This document shows, piece after piece, positions 41,807 through 52,479 of a stretch of 64,000 nt of DNA. Below the pieces are notes generated by a model that saw only the letters and a program-made list of their open reading frames with translations, made no database searches and was not told the origin of the DNA. Origin of the DNA: Caecitellus pseudoparvulus (Eukaryota > Protista > Bigyra: Bicosoecida); NCBI GenBank assembly GCA_965644315.1, contig CBFFRQ010000069.1, positions 1,390,439 to 1,454,438 on the forward strand, given 5' to 3'. The translations under genes and the position numbers were made by a program. How positions within the stretch are numbered: the first letter of the stretch is position 1; the number at the start of each line of letters is the position of its first letter.

Positions 41807-43186
41807 TCACTGAATTTCGCAACCGCCGTCGCACAGCACACTCGTGGTGCTCCACACGCAAGCAGGATCGCGTGCTTGCTCTTCAAGCAAAGGCAGAAGA
41901 GCCTCCCAGTGCACGTCCACAAAGAGCAGCGCATCGCGCGAGCGGACGACCATGAGACGGGCCCTAAATCCATTAGGATAAGGGGTACTCGGATCACGTT
42001 CGTCGTCTGCCCCCTCACCAGCTTCCTTGCCCCAGCCCGCACTCAATTCTCTCCCAACTGACTCGAGGTCCAGCAGTGCCGTGCCCACCATGGATGTTTG
42101 CTTGGAGAACGGTGTCCAGTGCAGCCAATTTTCCACCGACTTTCGCCCTGTCACGTACCTGAGAAGTCTGCCAGAGTGCCCAGCAGCACTCCGCGGAAAG
42201 TCTCTCCCCAGGTGGACTTCACGGGATGCAGAGGCCACGTTGAGGTTGTCAGACTGTTCCCACAGTACATGTAGCAGCACTCGTGACGGCCGAAGCTCGT
42301 ACTTGCTCGGCTGGTGCAGGACCCAGGCCAACGGCAGACGCGGCAGATTCTTCGCTGCCCGAAGGGCAAGCAGCTCTGGCAGATGTGCGGGCTTCATCTT
42401 CCCACATGCCGCTTCCATCAGGTGCCGGAAGCACAGCACCTCATGCTCCTCGGAGTGCTGCACGACATCATCTGCGAAGCACTCCAGCGCCCCTTGCCTC
42501 CAAACTGGCTCGCGCAACGGCGCTGCGCGGACGATGTCTAGGCCAGACACCCAACGCAAAAGCTCGTCTGCGTGGTCCTCTGCCAGCAACACCCCATCCC
42601 ACACGTTCTCAGGGCACTCGTAGGACAGGCTCTCGCTGGCTCGTGTCATGGCCTGGTTCAGCAGGCCAAGCACTGCTCTCTGCCTGTCCTCGAGCGGTGC
42701 ACGAGCAAAAGGGCATCCTGGCCCGTATGGAGTGGCAAAGCTCTTGATGCCCTCCGCCAACTGCACAAGAACTTGACAGCAGGCTGAGGCAAGCTGGACA
42801 TGCGTCACAGCAGGGTGGCAGTGTGGGACGAGTCGATTTCCAGTGGCGTCTGCAGCGAGGCCAAGAAGCCTGGCTTGAAGGGCCGCCGCTGGGCCGTGCT
42901 CCGGGAGAATGACGGACGCACTCCCCGTGATCGAGGGGTGACGTGGTGCGTTCAGCACACACACTGTTTCAGGAAGCGCGCACAGAAGGTCGCGAAGCAC
43001 ATCTTTTGGCAGCTTCTTGGTCATCGAGGCCCACTCCACACTCTCCATGTGCTTCCGCCAGCTTGTGGGGACGTGCACGGGTGCCTGAGCGTCTTCCAGA
43101 GCAACGTCGTCGGACGATGTCGATGATTCCACGTACTGCTGGAGGAGGTGGTGCGATTCCTCCTCATCTGCGGGCTTGGCGGCCAT
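41807..43186 (-). CDS. Hypothetical protein (~460 aa)
   Basis: Long ORF starting MAAKPADEEE with globular, helical composition; AATGCA motif 19 nt after the stop. No family recognised. Confidence 0.55.
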   Translation of the reverse strand: MAAKPADEEESHHLLQQYVESSTSSDDVALEDAQAPVHVPTSWRKHMESVEWASMTKKLPKDVLRDLLCALPETVCVLNAPRHPSITGSASVILPEHGPAAALQARLLGLAADATGNRLVPHCHPAVTHVQLASACCQVLVQLAEGIKSFATPYGPGCPFARAPLEDRQRAVLGLLNQAMTRASESLSYECPENVWDGVLLAEDHADELLRWVSGLDIVRAAPLREPVWRQGALECFADDVVQHSEEHEVLCFRHLMEAACGKMKPAHLPELLALRAAKNLPRLPLAWVLHQPSKYELRPSRVLLHVLWEQSDNLNVASASREVHLGRDFPRSAAGHSGRLLRYVTGRKSVENWLHWTPFSKQTSMVGTALLDLESVGRELSAGWGKEAGEGADDERDPSTPYPNGFRARLMVVRSRDALLFVDVHWEALLPLLEEQARDPACVWSTTSVLCDGGCEIQ

Positions 43187-43449
43187 TGCAAAGGCTGCGT
43201 TGCTGGGCCAATTTCCGCAGCGGCGGCCGAAACGCGAGGCTTGCACTGTGCATGCGCTGGAGACGTGGCGCTGGTGAGCCTGCAGAGCGTCCGAGTGCGT
43301 AGTTGTAGTGAGGATTGGTTTTGTTTTGTGAGCGGTAGTGACTGTTGTGCGCGGCAGTCAAGACCGGGTACCACCAGGTGGCTGGCATGGTGACGCGAAG
43401 GACGCACCTGAACGCGCCCGACCAAGCACAGGGCGGGGTCCCTGCTCGC

Positions 43450-43823
43450 AGGCTTCTCCTGCTGGTGAGCGCGGTCGGCGGCGCCAGCAGAGAAGACATC
43501 CACCGTGCATTCTCCATGTAGTCCAGTGGCTATGCCTCCTGCCCTGGCCTCACGCGACAAGTCCGGCACCCACCCCTACAGCTTCGCCTGCATGGCGCTG
43601 CTGCTGAGAGCGGCGCCGAACGTCTCTCCCCACGCAGGGTGTTGTTGCGGACCGGCGAAGCCGGGGGCGCCTCGAATGGCAGCAAGGTACTTCTCGTACA
43701 CCTGCCCAGCGAAGCCGCCCACGGCGCTGCACAGTACGAAATCGGAGTGGCCGAAGGCGTCGCAGGCGGCCACGAGGTCGTGTCTGACGCAGTCAGCGAG
43801 CGATTGCTGGCTGCAGTGCAGTG
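43450..43823 (+). repeat. Direct repeat copy 2: orphan tail of the lectin receptor plus true 3' end of ACOX
   Basis: Encodes RLLLLVSAVGGASREDIHRAFSM* (stop 43519-43521) on + and the ACOX C-terminus on -. Confidence 0.93.
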
Positions 43824-45821
43824 ACTCCCAGGTACACAGCGGTACATGCCCGACAAAGCTTGCCGCTGCGCGATGGATGCAGTCCGTGGCAAAAATTGCA
43901 GCAAGCCGGAGCAGCAGCAGCTTCGTTTCGGTCCCAACTTGGAATGTTGCTTCGCTTCCCAGGCCTCTGGCCGCTCTCCAGCGCTGCCAGTACCCTTGCG
44001 CTCCTTTCACTGCTGGGTCTTGTGCCCATTCACAGAGAGCTTTGACAGAAAAGGCGTCGGCAAAAGCGAGAGCCATGGGAACCATGTCCTCAGCTGCCTC
44101 GGCTGGGGAAAGCTCAGCTCGCGAGAGCTTGCTAGCAAGCGCCATGGCGCCCTGAGCCGCACACCAACGTAAACCGGACACACAGCGCTGCACAAACTGG
44201 ATGATGTCCTCGTGAGTCGATGCTTTGCACAGGCGGTACTCCGCTGCCGACTCGGGGAAGGGGGTGTCCTTTGCCAGGGCTTCAGGGAGCCAGGTGAGGG
44301 CAGGGGACGGCTCCGCCCCTTTGCTCAGAGCACGCAAACCCTTGAGGAGGAAGCCCCCTGCCTGCAAGCACATGAGAGTGTTGTCCCCCTCCCACGTGGG
44401 CATCACAGCCATGTCCGCTTGGATACCAGGCAGGCCTGAGTAGGACGAGTAACCCACACCACCACAAGCTTGCCGACAAGTGTCGATGCCGTCACAGGCA
44501 GCCCACGTGGTCGACGCTTTCAGCGCCGCAGAGAGGTTGTGCAGCATTTTCAAGGCGGAGATGGCGGGGGACATATTGCTTGTGCCGCGCACTGCAGCTG
44601 CGAGGGTGGCAGTCACCTCCTCGTGCACGCGCTCAAGGGCCCAGCCTGTGGCGTGCAGAGCCACACTGCGAGCGAGCATGCGGGCCATCTTCCGGGACTG
44701 AATCGGGTAGTCCAGCACAACTGCCTCACCAGATCCGGTCGCGGGTGGTGGATCCAGCTGGTGTGTTTGTGCCTGCTCTGGGGCAGGTTCGTCTTGGGCG
44801 GGAAACTGTCGGCGAGCGGCTAGGTAGCGCACAGCGATGGTAGTAGCCATGGAGAGGTACCCCGATGAAGCGTGGGTCATCATGATGCGCCCGCCTACAA
44901 GGGCAAAGAAGGACAGCTGCTGCAAAGGTGAAACTGTGACGCCGCCTTGCCTGTCCACTTTTGTGTAGCGGCAGAGCAGCGCTGAGCGAGGCACCTTGAC
45001 GTGGGAAAACCATAGAATCCCATTGTCCAGTGCGTTGCGCCCCATCTTGCTGCCCATGTCGCCTGCAGTGATGCCTGGGAGTGCAGCACCAGTGGCCATG
45101 TCACGAAGTGGCACGATGAAGGCGTTCAGGCCGAGCACCTTGCCAGCCACCACCAGCTGGGCAAACACGACCCCATGGGTGGCGGTCTTGCCAGCAGAGC
45201 CAATCCAGACTTTCGCGGACGTTTCATTGGGGGTGTGGATGTCAAACTGGTCAGTGTCTGGCATGTAAGTGGCTGTCGTCTCGATGCCCCGAGCGTAGCT
45301 GCCGTGGCCAAGCTCAGTCATGCAAAAGCAGCCAATGACGCCAAAGTCCCTCAGAGCAGGCTCCCACTGCTGCACTTGTTCGGCGCTGCCGAGCCCCCGG
45401 ATGGCTGGAGCGAACAAATCCCGATGATTGCTGATGCGGCTGTGTGCGCCTGGGTACGCCAGAGCCATGAGCCTGTCCCGCACCTGTGCTGTCTCTTCAT
45501 CATCTTGGCGAAGGTACTGAATGAGGCGAGTCACGACTTTAGCACTGGCCTGGCGCTCTTCCTCTCGACTTGCATTTACCCTCGCTGGCCCGCTTTGAAA
45601 CACCTGCGGCAGAGGCGAGAGGAGGGTGTGCCGGCTGTGTCTGGCTGCCCTGTATAGCTCCGCTGCGCGAGGCCCACCTCATCTCTGGATAACTGGGCGT
45701 CCACTGCCTCCTTCAAAGCAGCATGAGATGGACCCCCATTCAAGAGGATGTGAAGCTCTCGGCGTGGGAAGCTTGCCTGTGCACGCTTGCGCTGCACCGT
45801 GCTGGGAAGGGCGCTGGCCAT
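43576..45821 (-). CDS. ACOX: Peroxisomal acyl-CoA oxidase
   Basis: GCFCMTELGHGS, ETTATY, HTP...KVWIG, MGRNALDNG, RQACGGVGY, TWEGDNTL. C-terminal PTS1 AKL. Intron 45604-45677. Confidence 0.95.
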
Positions 45822-46593
45822 TCCTGTGATGTGATGCTGGCGCAAGCTGCAACTGGCTCACATGTACCCGGAAGCCATGCAGACCACATAGGGCGCGTGG
45901 GACCCGGGGAGTGTACGCGTTGTGGTGGGGATGGGCTGCTGGGTTCCTGCTCAGCCCGTGGTCACCAAGCGCTCCCCGTGGCAGCAGTAGGGGCCTTCGA
46001 TTGGCAAGTGAGGGGTGTGAGGGGGGCCAACACGCCAAGCGGACTGACCCCCGGAAGCCTACAAGTCCCGCGCCAAAACAACAAACCCCCAACACACAAA
46101 CATCCTTTACCAACCCTTTATTCCACCAGCACTACCGTTCATTCTGATCTTCGTCTTCAAGGGAGCCACATTCTGTACGTGCACACACCACCACGCCAAC
46201 CTGCCCTTGTCCGCCTCGTGTTGCAACGGCACCCCTGTCATGGCTTCTACGCGTCCATTTGCTTGTGTTGTGGGGAATTGTATGGTTTTGTGAGAAAGGG
46301 CAGCCTCAAATGCCGCCCAACAGCCTTGTTTCTGCGAATCGAAGGAGTGGTCCTTGCCTACAACTTTGCACCTCCGACATTCGATGCGCCGCACCTCCTG
46401 CCCACGCTCGTGAGCTCACCTCCGCTATCCACCATGCTTGTGTGTTTGCAAATTCCGTGGGTGTATTCCTCTGCGGCACCTCCGGAGGCCCAGCGTGTGG
46501 GCGCGTTGTGGCCAGCGTTTCAGCCGCGCACTGTTTCCCTCAGCACCACGCCAACACCTCCCACACCATCACTCCTCGCAGACACCGTTAGCC

Positions 46594-47064
46594 ATGGCTG
46601 CATCTCACAGCGCTGTCAACCGCCTGCCTGAGTTCCAGGAGGTCTGGGACGCCTACCCTGAAGGCGGCCAGAGTGACGTGCTCAAGAGCCTCGGGCAGGA
46701 GAAGGAGGGCGTTTGGCGCCGTGAGGAGAGCTCTGCACTCTTCGTGTCTCTTGCCCTGGCCGGCGCCGGACACGGCCAGCCCCGCACATTCAAGGTCAAG
46801 CCCGAGCAGCTGAAGGACGCTGCGGGCAACCTGCTGTGCGTTGATGTGTCGGACTTGGTCTCCAACCTGAAGGAGAACATCGGCGCGCCCAAGCACGCGA
46901 AGGACGCTAGCAAGATTGCCGGGCAGAAGGGCATCGTCTACTTTGAGGGTGTGGCCGCCATCAAGGATCAGTCGGGCCACATTGACCTGTTCGATGGCAC
47001 CACGACTAAGGGCACTGAGTACTTCACTGACGCCACCAAGGTGTGGTTCTGGGAGATGAAGTGA
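46594..47064 (+). CDS. Tae4-family (T6SS amidase effector 4, NlpC/P60-like fold) homologue with Cys-to-Ser at the catalytic position
   Basis: 156 aa, colinear with the Tae4 pattern: P.F..W; (N-x-C-A..S.AL) read as ESSALFVSLAL; L...G.P; GQKGIVYF; SGHIDLFDG; terminal YF...VWFWEMK. Strong C/G-ending codon bias like host housekeeping genes. Confidence 0.8.
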   Translation: MAASHSAVNRLPEFQEVWDAYPEGGQSDVLKSLGQEKEGVWRREESSALFVSLALAGAGHGQPRTFKVKPEQLKDAAGNLLCVDVSDLVSNLKENIGAPKHAKDASKIAGQKGIVYFEGVAAIKDQSGHIDLFDGTTTKGTEYFTDATKVWFWEMK

Positions 47065-47098
47065 GCAGACAGGCACCCGTAGATTCCCAATTCAGACA

Positions 47099-48911
47099 TC
47101 ACCTTCCGCTCCGACTGCGGGCGCTGCCTAGGCCACGCCTGCTCCCTCGTGGTGTGCTGCTGCCGCTGGACAAGCCACGCTTGCCGGCACTGCGAGTAGA
47201 GGGCGTGCCTGGGGCACTGCCTCCTGCGCCCGCCGCGGCCGTGACTGGGGTGGGGGCGGCTCGTGAAATGGCTGGCGCAAGGGACTGGCTAAAGTCGGCA
47301 CCCAGCATAGACGTGTACTTGCTGCCGGGGTGTGCGACCACTGGACCATCCTTCCAAATCAAGTCAAAGCCACCGATGCTGGTCTCATCCCCCGCCAACT
47401 TGCCTTCCATGTCCACAACGTCAAACGTGTCGTGCAGCAACTTGAACTTGCGGTCGTAATCCTCCCTCGTGTTGGCAGTCAGCTGAAACGCGTGCACGCG
47501 AGGATAGTGGCACGGTGGAGTTTGCGCGCAGGCTGGAGTCCAGCAAACGCACCGAGGGGGAGGCATTCACTTCGATGAGCCATGGTCGTAAGTCGGCGTC
47601 GAAGAGGAAGTCATACCCGTATAGCTCGTAGCAGTGTTTGTCTGTGATCATGCATCGCTGCACAGACATCAGGGAGCGTACGACAATGCCCTCCATGCCC
47701 TGAAACAGCGTGTCCACCGCCGCAACGCCGTGCTTGGAGATGAGGTGCATCTTGAGCGATCGCAAGTCCCACTTGCCACCTGTCTGCGTACTCAAGCACG
47801 AGCACGGTGATGCAGGGGTTCAGCCTGCCAAGCCTTCGTGGGTGAGCACACACCTCCGCATTGTAGTGTTCGCCGTGCTTCTGAATGGCCACATTCGTGC
47901 AATGAACCTCGACATCGTCGACATCCGCCATGGCAGAGGAGTACCGCCTGTGAAGGGTGGCGGAGCGCACTTGTGTGTTGAGGGAGTGGGTCTTTCAGGT
48001 CTCGTGCACTGTCAATCGCGGGAGACGCACCTTGCCGAGAAGCGCGCAAAACCTGCGCGGTACAGCCACACCGTCAGCGGGGAGAACGATGGCACGAGAA
48101 CATACATGCGCATGTCGAACTTCTTGCCACCGATAAGGTACGGGTTGGATATGTACCGCTGTACCACGTAGGGCTCAACAGTGGGGTTTTCTGGTTTCCA
48201 GCGCTTGTCGCTGCGCCAGTCCGACACCTGCGACAGCTTCGTGACGAGGAAGATGCCCTTGCCCTGCGCTCTGCCAACAGGCTTCATAATCCACACAGGG
48301 GACCGGGATCCCAAGCGCTTGAACTCCTCCTTGAATAGGGCGTAGTCACCAGGCAACGTGAAGGTGATGGGGCAGAAGTCAAACTCGGCAGCCTCATCAG
48401 TTCTGCAGGCCGAAGGAGCTTCCTCCGTACATGTGATGCGTTCCCCGATCAGTGCCTGCATGCATGCGGCCCACTCACCTCCCATCACGCTCTAGCTGTC
48501 GCTTCATCTTCTTCACGTTCTTCATGAGGTTGTCCTTCCTGCACAGCTGCAGCGGAAACCAGCAGACAGTGAACCCGCTGGCGTTACAACGGCGAAACGC
48601 CGCCACTCACCTCCCTGCAATTGCGGTAATGGTTCACCTTCTGGTGGCTGTCCATGTGCTGCGTGTCAAAAATCTCGTTCACCAGCTCCCTGTCTGCCCA
48701 GGCTACGTCCCACGCCCTGTGAAGCGGTGCAGGGTCGGTGCAGAGAGCGACCTTCGCTGTCACGCTGGCCCACGCACCCATCCATGTCCACCTCCTTCCA
48801 GCCCCTTCGGCACATGACATCGTAGACGGTGTTGTGGAAGCTTGTGTGGAAGCGAATGGGCCCGTCCGCTCGACGCCTTCGATGCAGACCAGGCGCATCG
48901 CTGGCTGCCAT
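47099..48911 (-). CDS. TTLL9: Tubulin polyglutamylase, TTLL9-like; multi-exon
   Basis: IRFHTSFHNTVYDVM, VNHYRN, WIMKPVGRAQGKGIFL, YVVQRYISNPYLIGGKKFDMRMY, HCTNVAIQK, CYELYGYD, PWLIEVNASPS, GGFDLIW, spread over exons separated by short GT-AG introns. Confidence 0.9.
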
Positions 48912-49285
48912 GTCAGGAGCTTGCGCAGCGTGGGCGCAGCGACTGACCCTCGCTCTGTTCTCGGAGACAGGCTACAGAGAGAGCAGCGAACGGTTTCCCT
49001 TCCTTTCAAGTCTGCCCTGAAACTGTGGAAACTTGTGAACCGTGGAAACGAGCAAGTTTTGTGTGCATGCATGCATTTGTACGACTAATGTCCGTCGACG
49101 GCCAGAACAATTTCTCACAGGTGTGCTGCGTAATTTCTATTGCGCTCCTTTTCACCTTCCGATAATAATCAAAACTGTGTACCCGAATAATTGTTTGGCA
49201 CACTTGATTCCACCTTGGCTGCATACGACAGCTGGAGCAGTCTTCTGTAGCACTGAGCTGCGTGTCTTCCTCGGCAAGCACGTCC

Positions 49286-51105
49286 ATGGCGTCTCAGCAG
49301 CAGGGGCCAGGTGCCGCCAGCCTCCCAGTGGAAGGTGCCGGCCTGACACCGCGCGAGAGGGATGTGGAGGCGGAGAACAAAGCCCTGCGAAGTGAAGTAG
49401 CACAACTTCGGACTACCCTGCGACGGGTTGTGGCAGCTGCAGAGTGCAGCGAGGAGCGGCTGGTGAACAAGGTATTGGCGTGTTGCGGAAGTTGGTCCAA
49501 CAACGCCACTCTTGAACTTCTGGCCTCGCTTCGCCACGCGCTCCTTCTGCAGCTGCTCATTGACTTGGAAAAGCTCAAAGAAGAAAAGTCGAGGCTAGAA
49601 GCGCTGCACTCTGAAGAGTCCTCCTGTGCAGTCGCCCTGGAGCGGCAGATGAGCAAGGTGCGTGTGGGCTCTGGTGCCTTTCGAGGGCATAAATGCCTGC
49701 ACGTTTGGCACCTGCACGGCCATGCATGTGCTCGGGCTCGCAGGTCAAGGCTCAGACGGAACGGGTCGAGCAAGAGTTGGAAGCAGAGCAAGAATTCCTC
49801 GTAAACAAGCTCATGCGGCGGACGGAGGCTGTGGAAGCTGAGCGTGACGCTGCTGCAGAGGCCTGTGCGGAGGCCGAGCGGGCCAGGGACGCCGCGCAGG
49901 CGAAGCTTGAGAGCGCCAAGGCCGAGAAGGTGGCTCTGGAGCAGCGTCTGGAAGCCGAGCAGGAGTACATCACGAACCGCCTGTCTCGCCAGCTGGCCAG
50001 TGTGCAGGCTGAGAAGGCCGCGCTGGAGGCACAGCAACATTCAGACGTGCAGGCGCTGTTGGGGTCCATTCGGGGGGCCGTGGCACGGCTGGGCGGGCAG
50101 CCCAGCGAAGGGGGCGGGGACTCGCAGGCGGTCCTGGCGAGGCTGGAGGCACAGCTGTCCTCCATCCAGGGTCGCCTGTCAGCCAAGGCCCGTGCAGAGG
50201 GCGCAGCTGCCGCAGCCGCCGCTCCAGCGCAGGCTGAGCTGCGCAAATTGCGGGAGGAGAACTGGTTGCTGCGGCAGCGCATTGCAGCGGGGCAAGACGC
50301 CCTACACGAGCGCGTCGAGCAGGTGGCGGCGAGCACCTTGGCTGAGGAGCTGGATTCGGAGCGTGCCTTTAACTCAGGCGCGGGCGTGGCAGCATGTGCA
50401 GCAGCCTCAGACAGTGCCTCTGGGGTCCTGCTGCGGTCGCACTTGACGACCACAGGGCCAGAAGGGGCTGGGGTGGGAATGGTGCCGTCGCATGCTGCAG
50501 GCTTGCGGCAAGGGGGCCGCACCCACTCTGCCGAGGGGTCCGAGGGCATGGCAAGTTTGGCTCCAGCGCACCGCGGGGACTCCTGGCCGGTGCCAGGGGC
50601 GAGTCGGCCACAGCACAGCACAGAAGGAGAGGAGGAGGACAGCTGGGTAAGCAAGGGTCGCAGTGGCCACGGCATCTTCCCAGCCGCCCTCGCAGACATG
50701 GGGCGTGGCCGAGATCTCGGCAGTGCCACGCCACCAAGTGACTCGCCCAGCCTGCCGCCGGCCGGCGTCTCGTCACACCCACCACCCCTGCCAGGGGCGG
50801 AGCTGGAAGGTGCTGAGCGCTGGAGACGCTCCCTTGGCGTGGAGGGGCTCGAGAGCCTGGGGGGCTCGACATGGACAGATGCATTCCACTCAGGGGGCGG
50901 GGTGCCCGTTGACTTGAGCAGTGGCACGCCGTCGGTGGGCGGGGGGGACGCCTCCTCTGTCACCGGCTCTGTCTCAGGCATGAGCAGCGTCTCGGACGCC
51001 GACCGTGCCAGCGCCGCACTGGTGGAGAGCGGTGTGGAGGCCATCAAGTCTGCTTGGCGGCGGCAGTCCCAGAGCTCTGCCCCTGGCGCCGGGGCGGAGG
51101 GATGA
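49286..51105 (+). CDS. CCDC6/DUF2046-like coiled-coil protein
   Basis: Repeated EAEQEFLVNKL, EAEQEYITNRL and EERLVNK motifs; LREENWLLRQRI; ELDSERAFN. Two 5' introns; low-complexity tail. Confidence 0.7.
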
Positions 51106-52145
51106 TGCGGGCGAGCTGGTGACTCTGTGCGACGAGGTTGTCACCATCGTCCCACAGCTGCCCCTGCACGTCGCACACGCCGTTGGCGACGAAGGTGGAT
51201 GTGAAGCGGAACCGCAGCCACTCTGTGGGCGCGTTTGACGCCAGGGCGGGGTCCAGCGGGTTGCTCGGGGCCCTGGCGCTGGTGGGCTGGCCCCTGAAAT
51301 ACACAGACAGCGACATGGTGGGCACCCAGTTCCCCAACACCTCGCGCAGGGCGAGGACAGGCGGGGGCAGGCAGTCTGCGAAGAACGCCAAATCGGGCAG
51401 GGAGATGCGGTCCTGCGGGTCGGCGTGGCGGATGTAGCCGGCCATGGCTGGTTGGGAGGGAAAGGCCGCCTCCTCGGGCAGCTTGCCACGGAGGCTGGCG
51501 ACGAAGTTAGGGACAAGGTTTGCGCCCCACTCGATGCTGGGGTGCAGGCGGGCGTCGTATTGGTGGCGAAGGGGGACGTGAGGTCGCATGGAGGGTGGAG
51601 CGATGCAGTCTTGGACGGGAGGCAGGTCCGGAGGCGGAGCCGCCTGCGGAGTTGAGTGGGAGTGCCCCCGCAGGCGGCCAGGGTGCACGAGCACCACCTG
51701 GCTCTGGAGCATCAAGGCGCCCCCCTGTGTGACTCGGGCGTCCACAGCCGACTGGGTCCGCGAGGCACTGGCAATGTTGGCATGGATAGCGCAAGCCTGC
51801 CCAGCCTGGGCCATGTTGTGGAAGTGGGAAGTGCAGGACACCGGCACCATGCCCTCCTCTGCCACTGCACATGCAGCTTTCAAAGCAAGGGTCGATGTAA
51901 AGCCGCCATTGGGAACCTGCGAGGCGGGGGATGGCGTGCAGTTGGCCGCTGCACTTCACAAACACACCATCACTGCCTCGCACCCCCACGACGTTGTAAT
52001 CAGGCTTGACGTGGCCCTGGAAGGCAGAGGGACCCCCTGCCATGGAGATGGCCGTGTTTCTTCCCCAAGTGCCTGTGCTGAGGGCTCTCCCAGCTTGAAG
52101 CACAGGCCGCCATGCGGCCAGGCGTGGTGCGGTGCTCGCAAGCAT
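51044..52145 (-). CDS. Acyl-CoA thioesterase-like (double hotdog, TesB-related) with probable mitochondrial presequence
   Basis: MLASTAPRLAAWR presequence; YNVVG|VPNGGF across an intron; LAFFADCLPP; WVPTMSLSVYFR; GVCDVQGQLWDDGDNLVAQSHQLA. Confidence 0.85.
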
Positions 52146-52479
52146 CACACTTTGGCTTGGTCGCCCTTCACGCCGCTTGCCCAGTGCGTCACCACCGGCA
52201 TGGCACACCTGCTCCAGCGGAGGATGAATCCGGTGCGTGCATGTTGGGATGTGGGGGGTGGCGGTGGCCTTTTGTGCCATTCCTTGGAATGGGCAACCGC
52301 TGCCTGTGGACAAATCATGCTTGGCTGTCGATGCGGCTTTACTCAGCGCACTCGGCCCAGTCCCGCTCTCAAGGCAGTGGCGCAGAAGGACGGGCAAGAG
52401 ACCCTGCGTACAATCCTCAGCTTGAGGAGCTCGAGCCACCTCGGCTTCAAGCCCGCGCAGGCAGCAGGGACAGCCGATC

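Noticed and set aside
45723-46631. 302-aa ORF between ACOX and the Tae4-like gene
   Set aside because: No codon bias or motifs; overlaps ACOX exon 1 and a lower-GC divergent promoter region.
46594-47064. Bacterial contamination or a T6SS effector-immunity pair
   Set aside because: Flanked closely by intron-containing genes (34 bp from the TTLL9 stop), host-like codon use and gccATGg context; no Tai4-like partner ORF seen.
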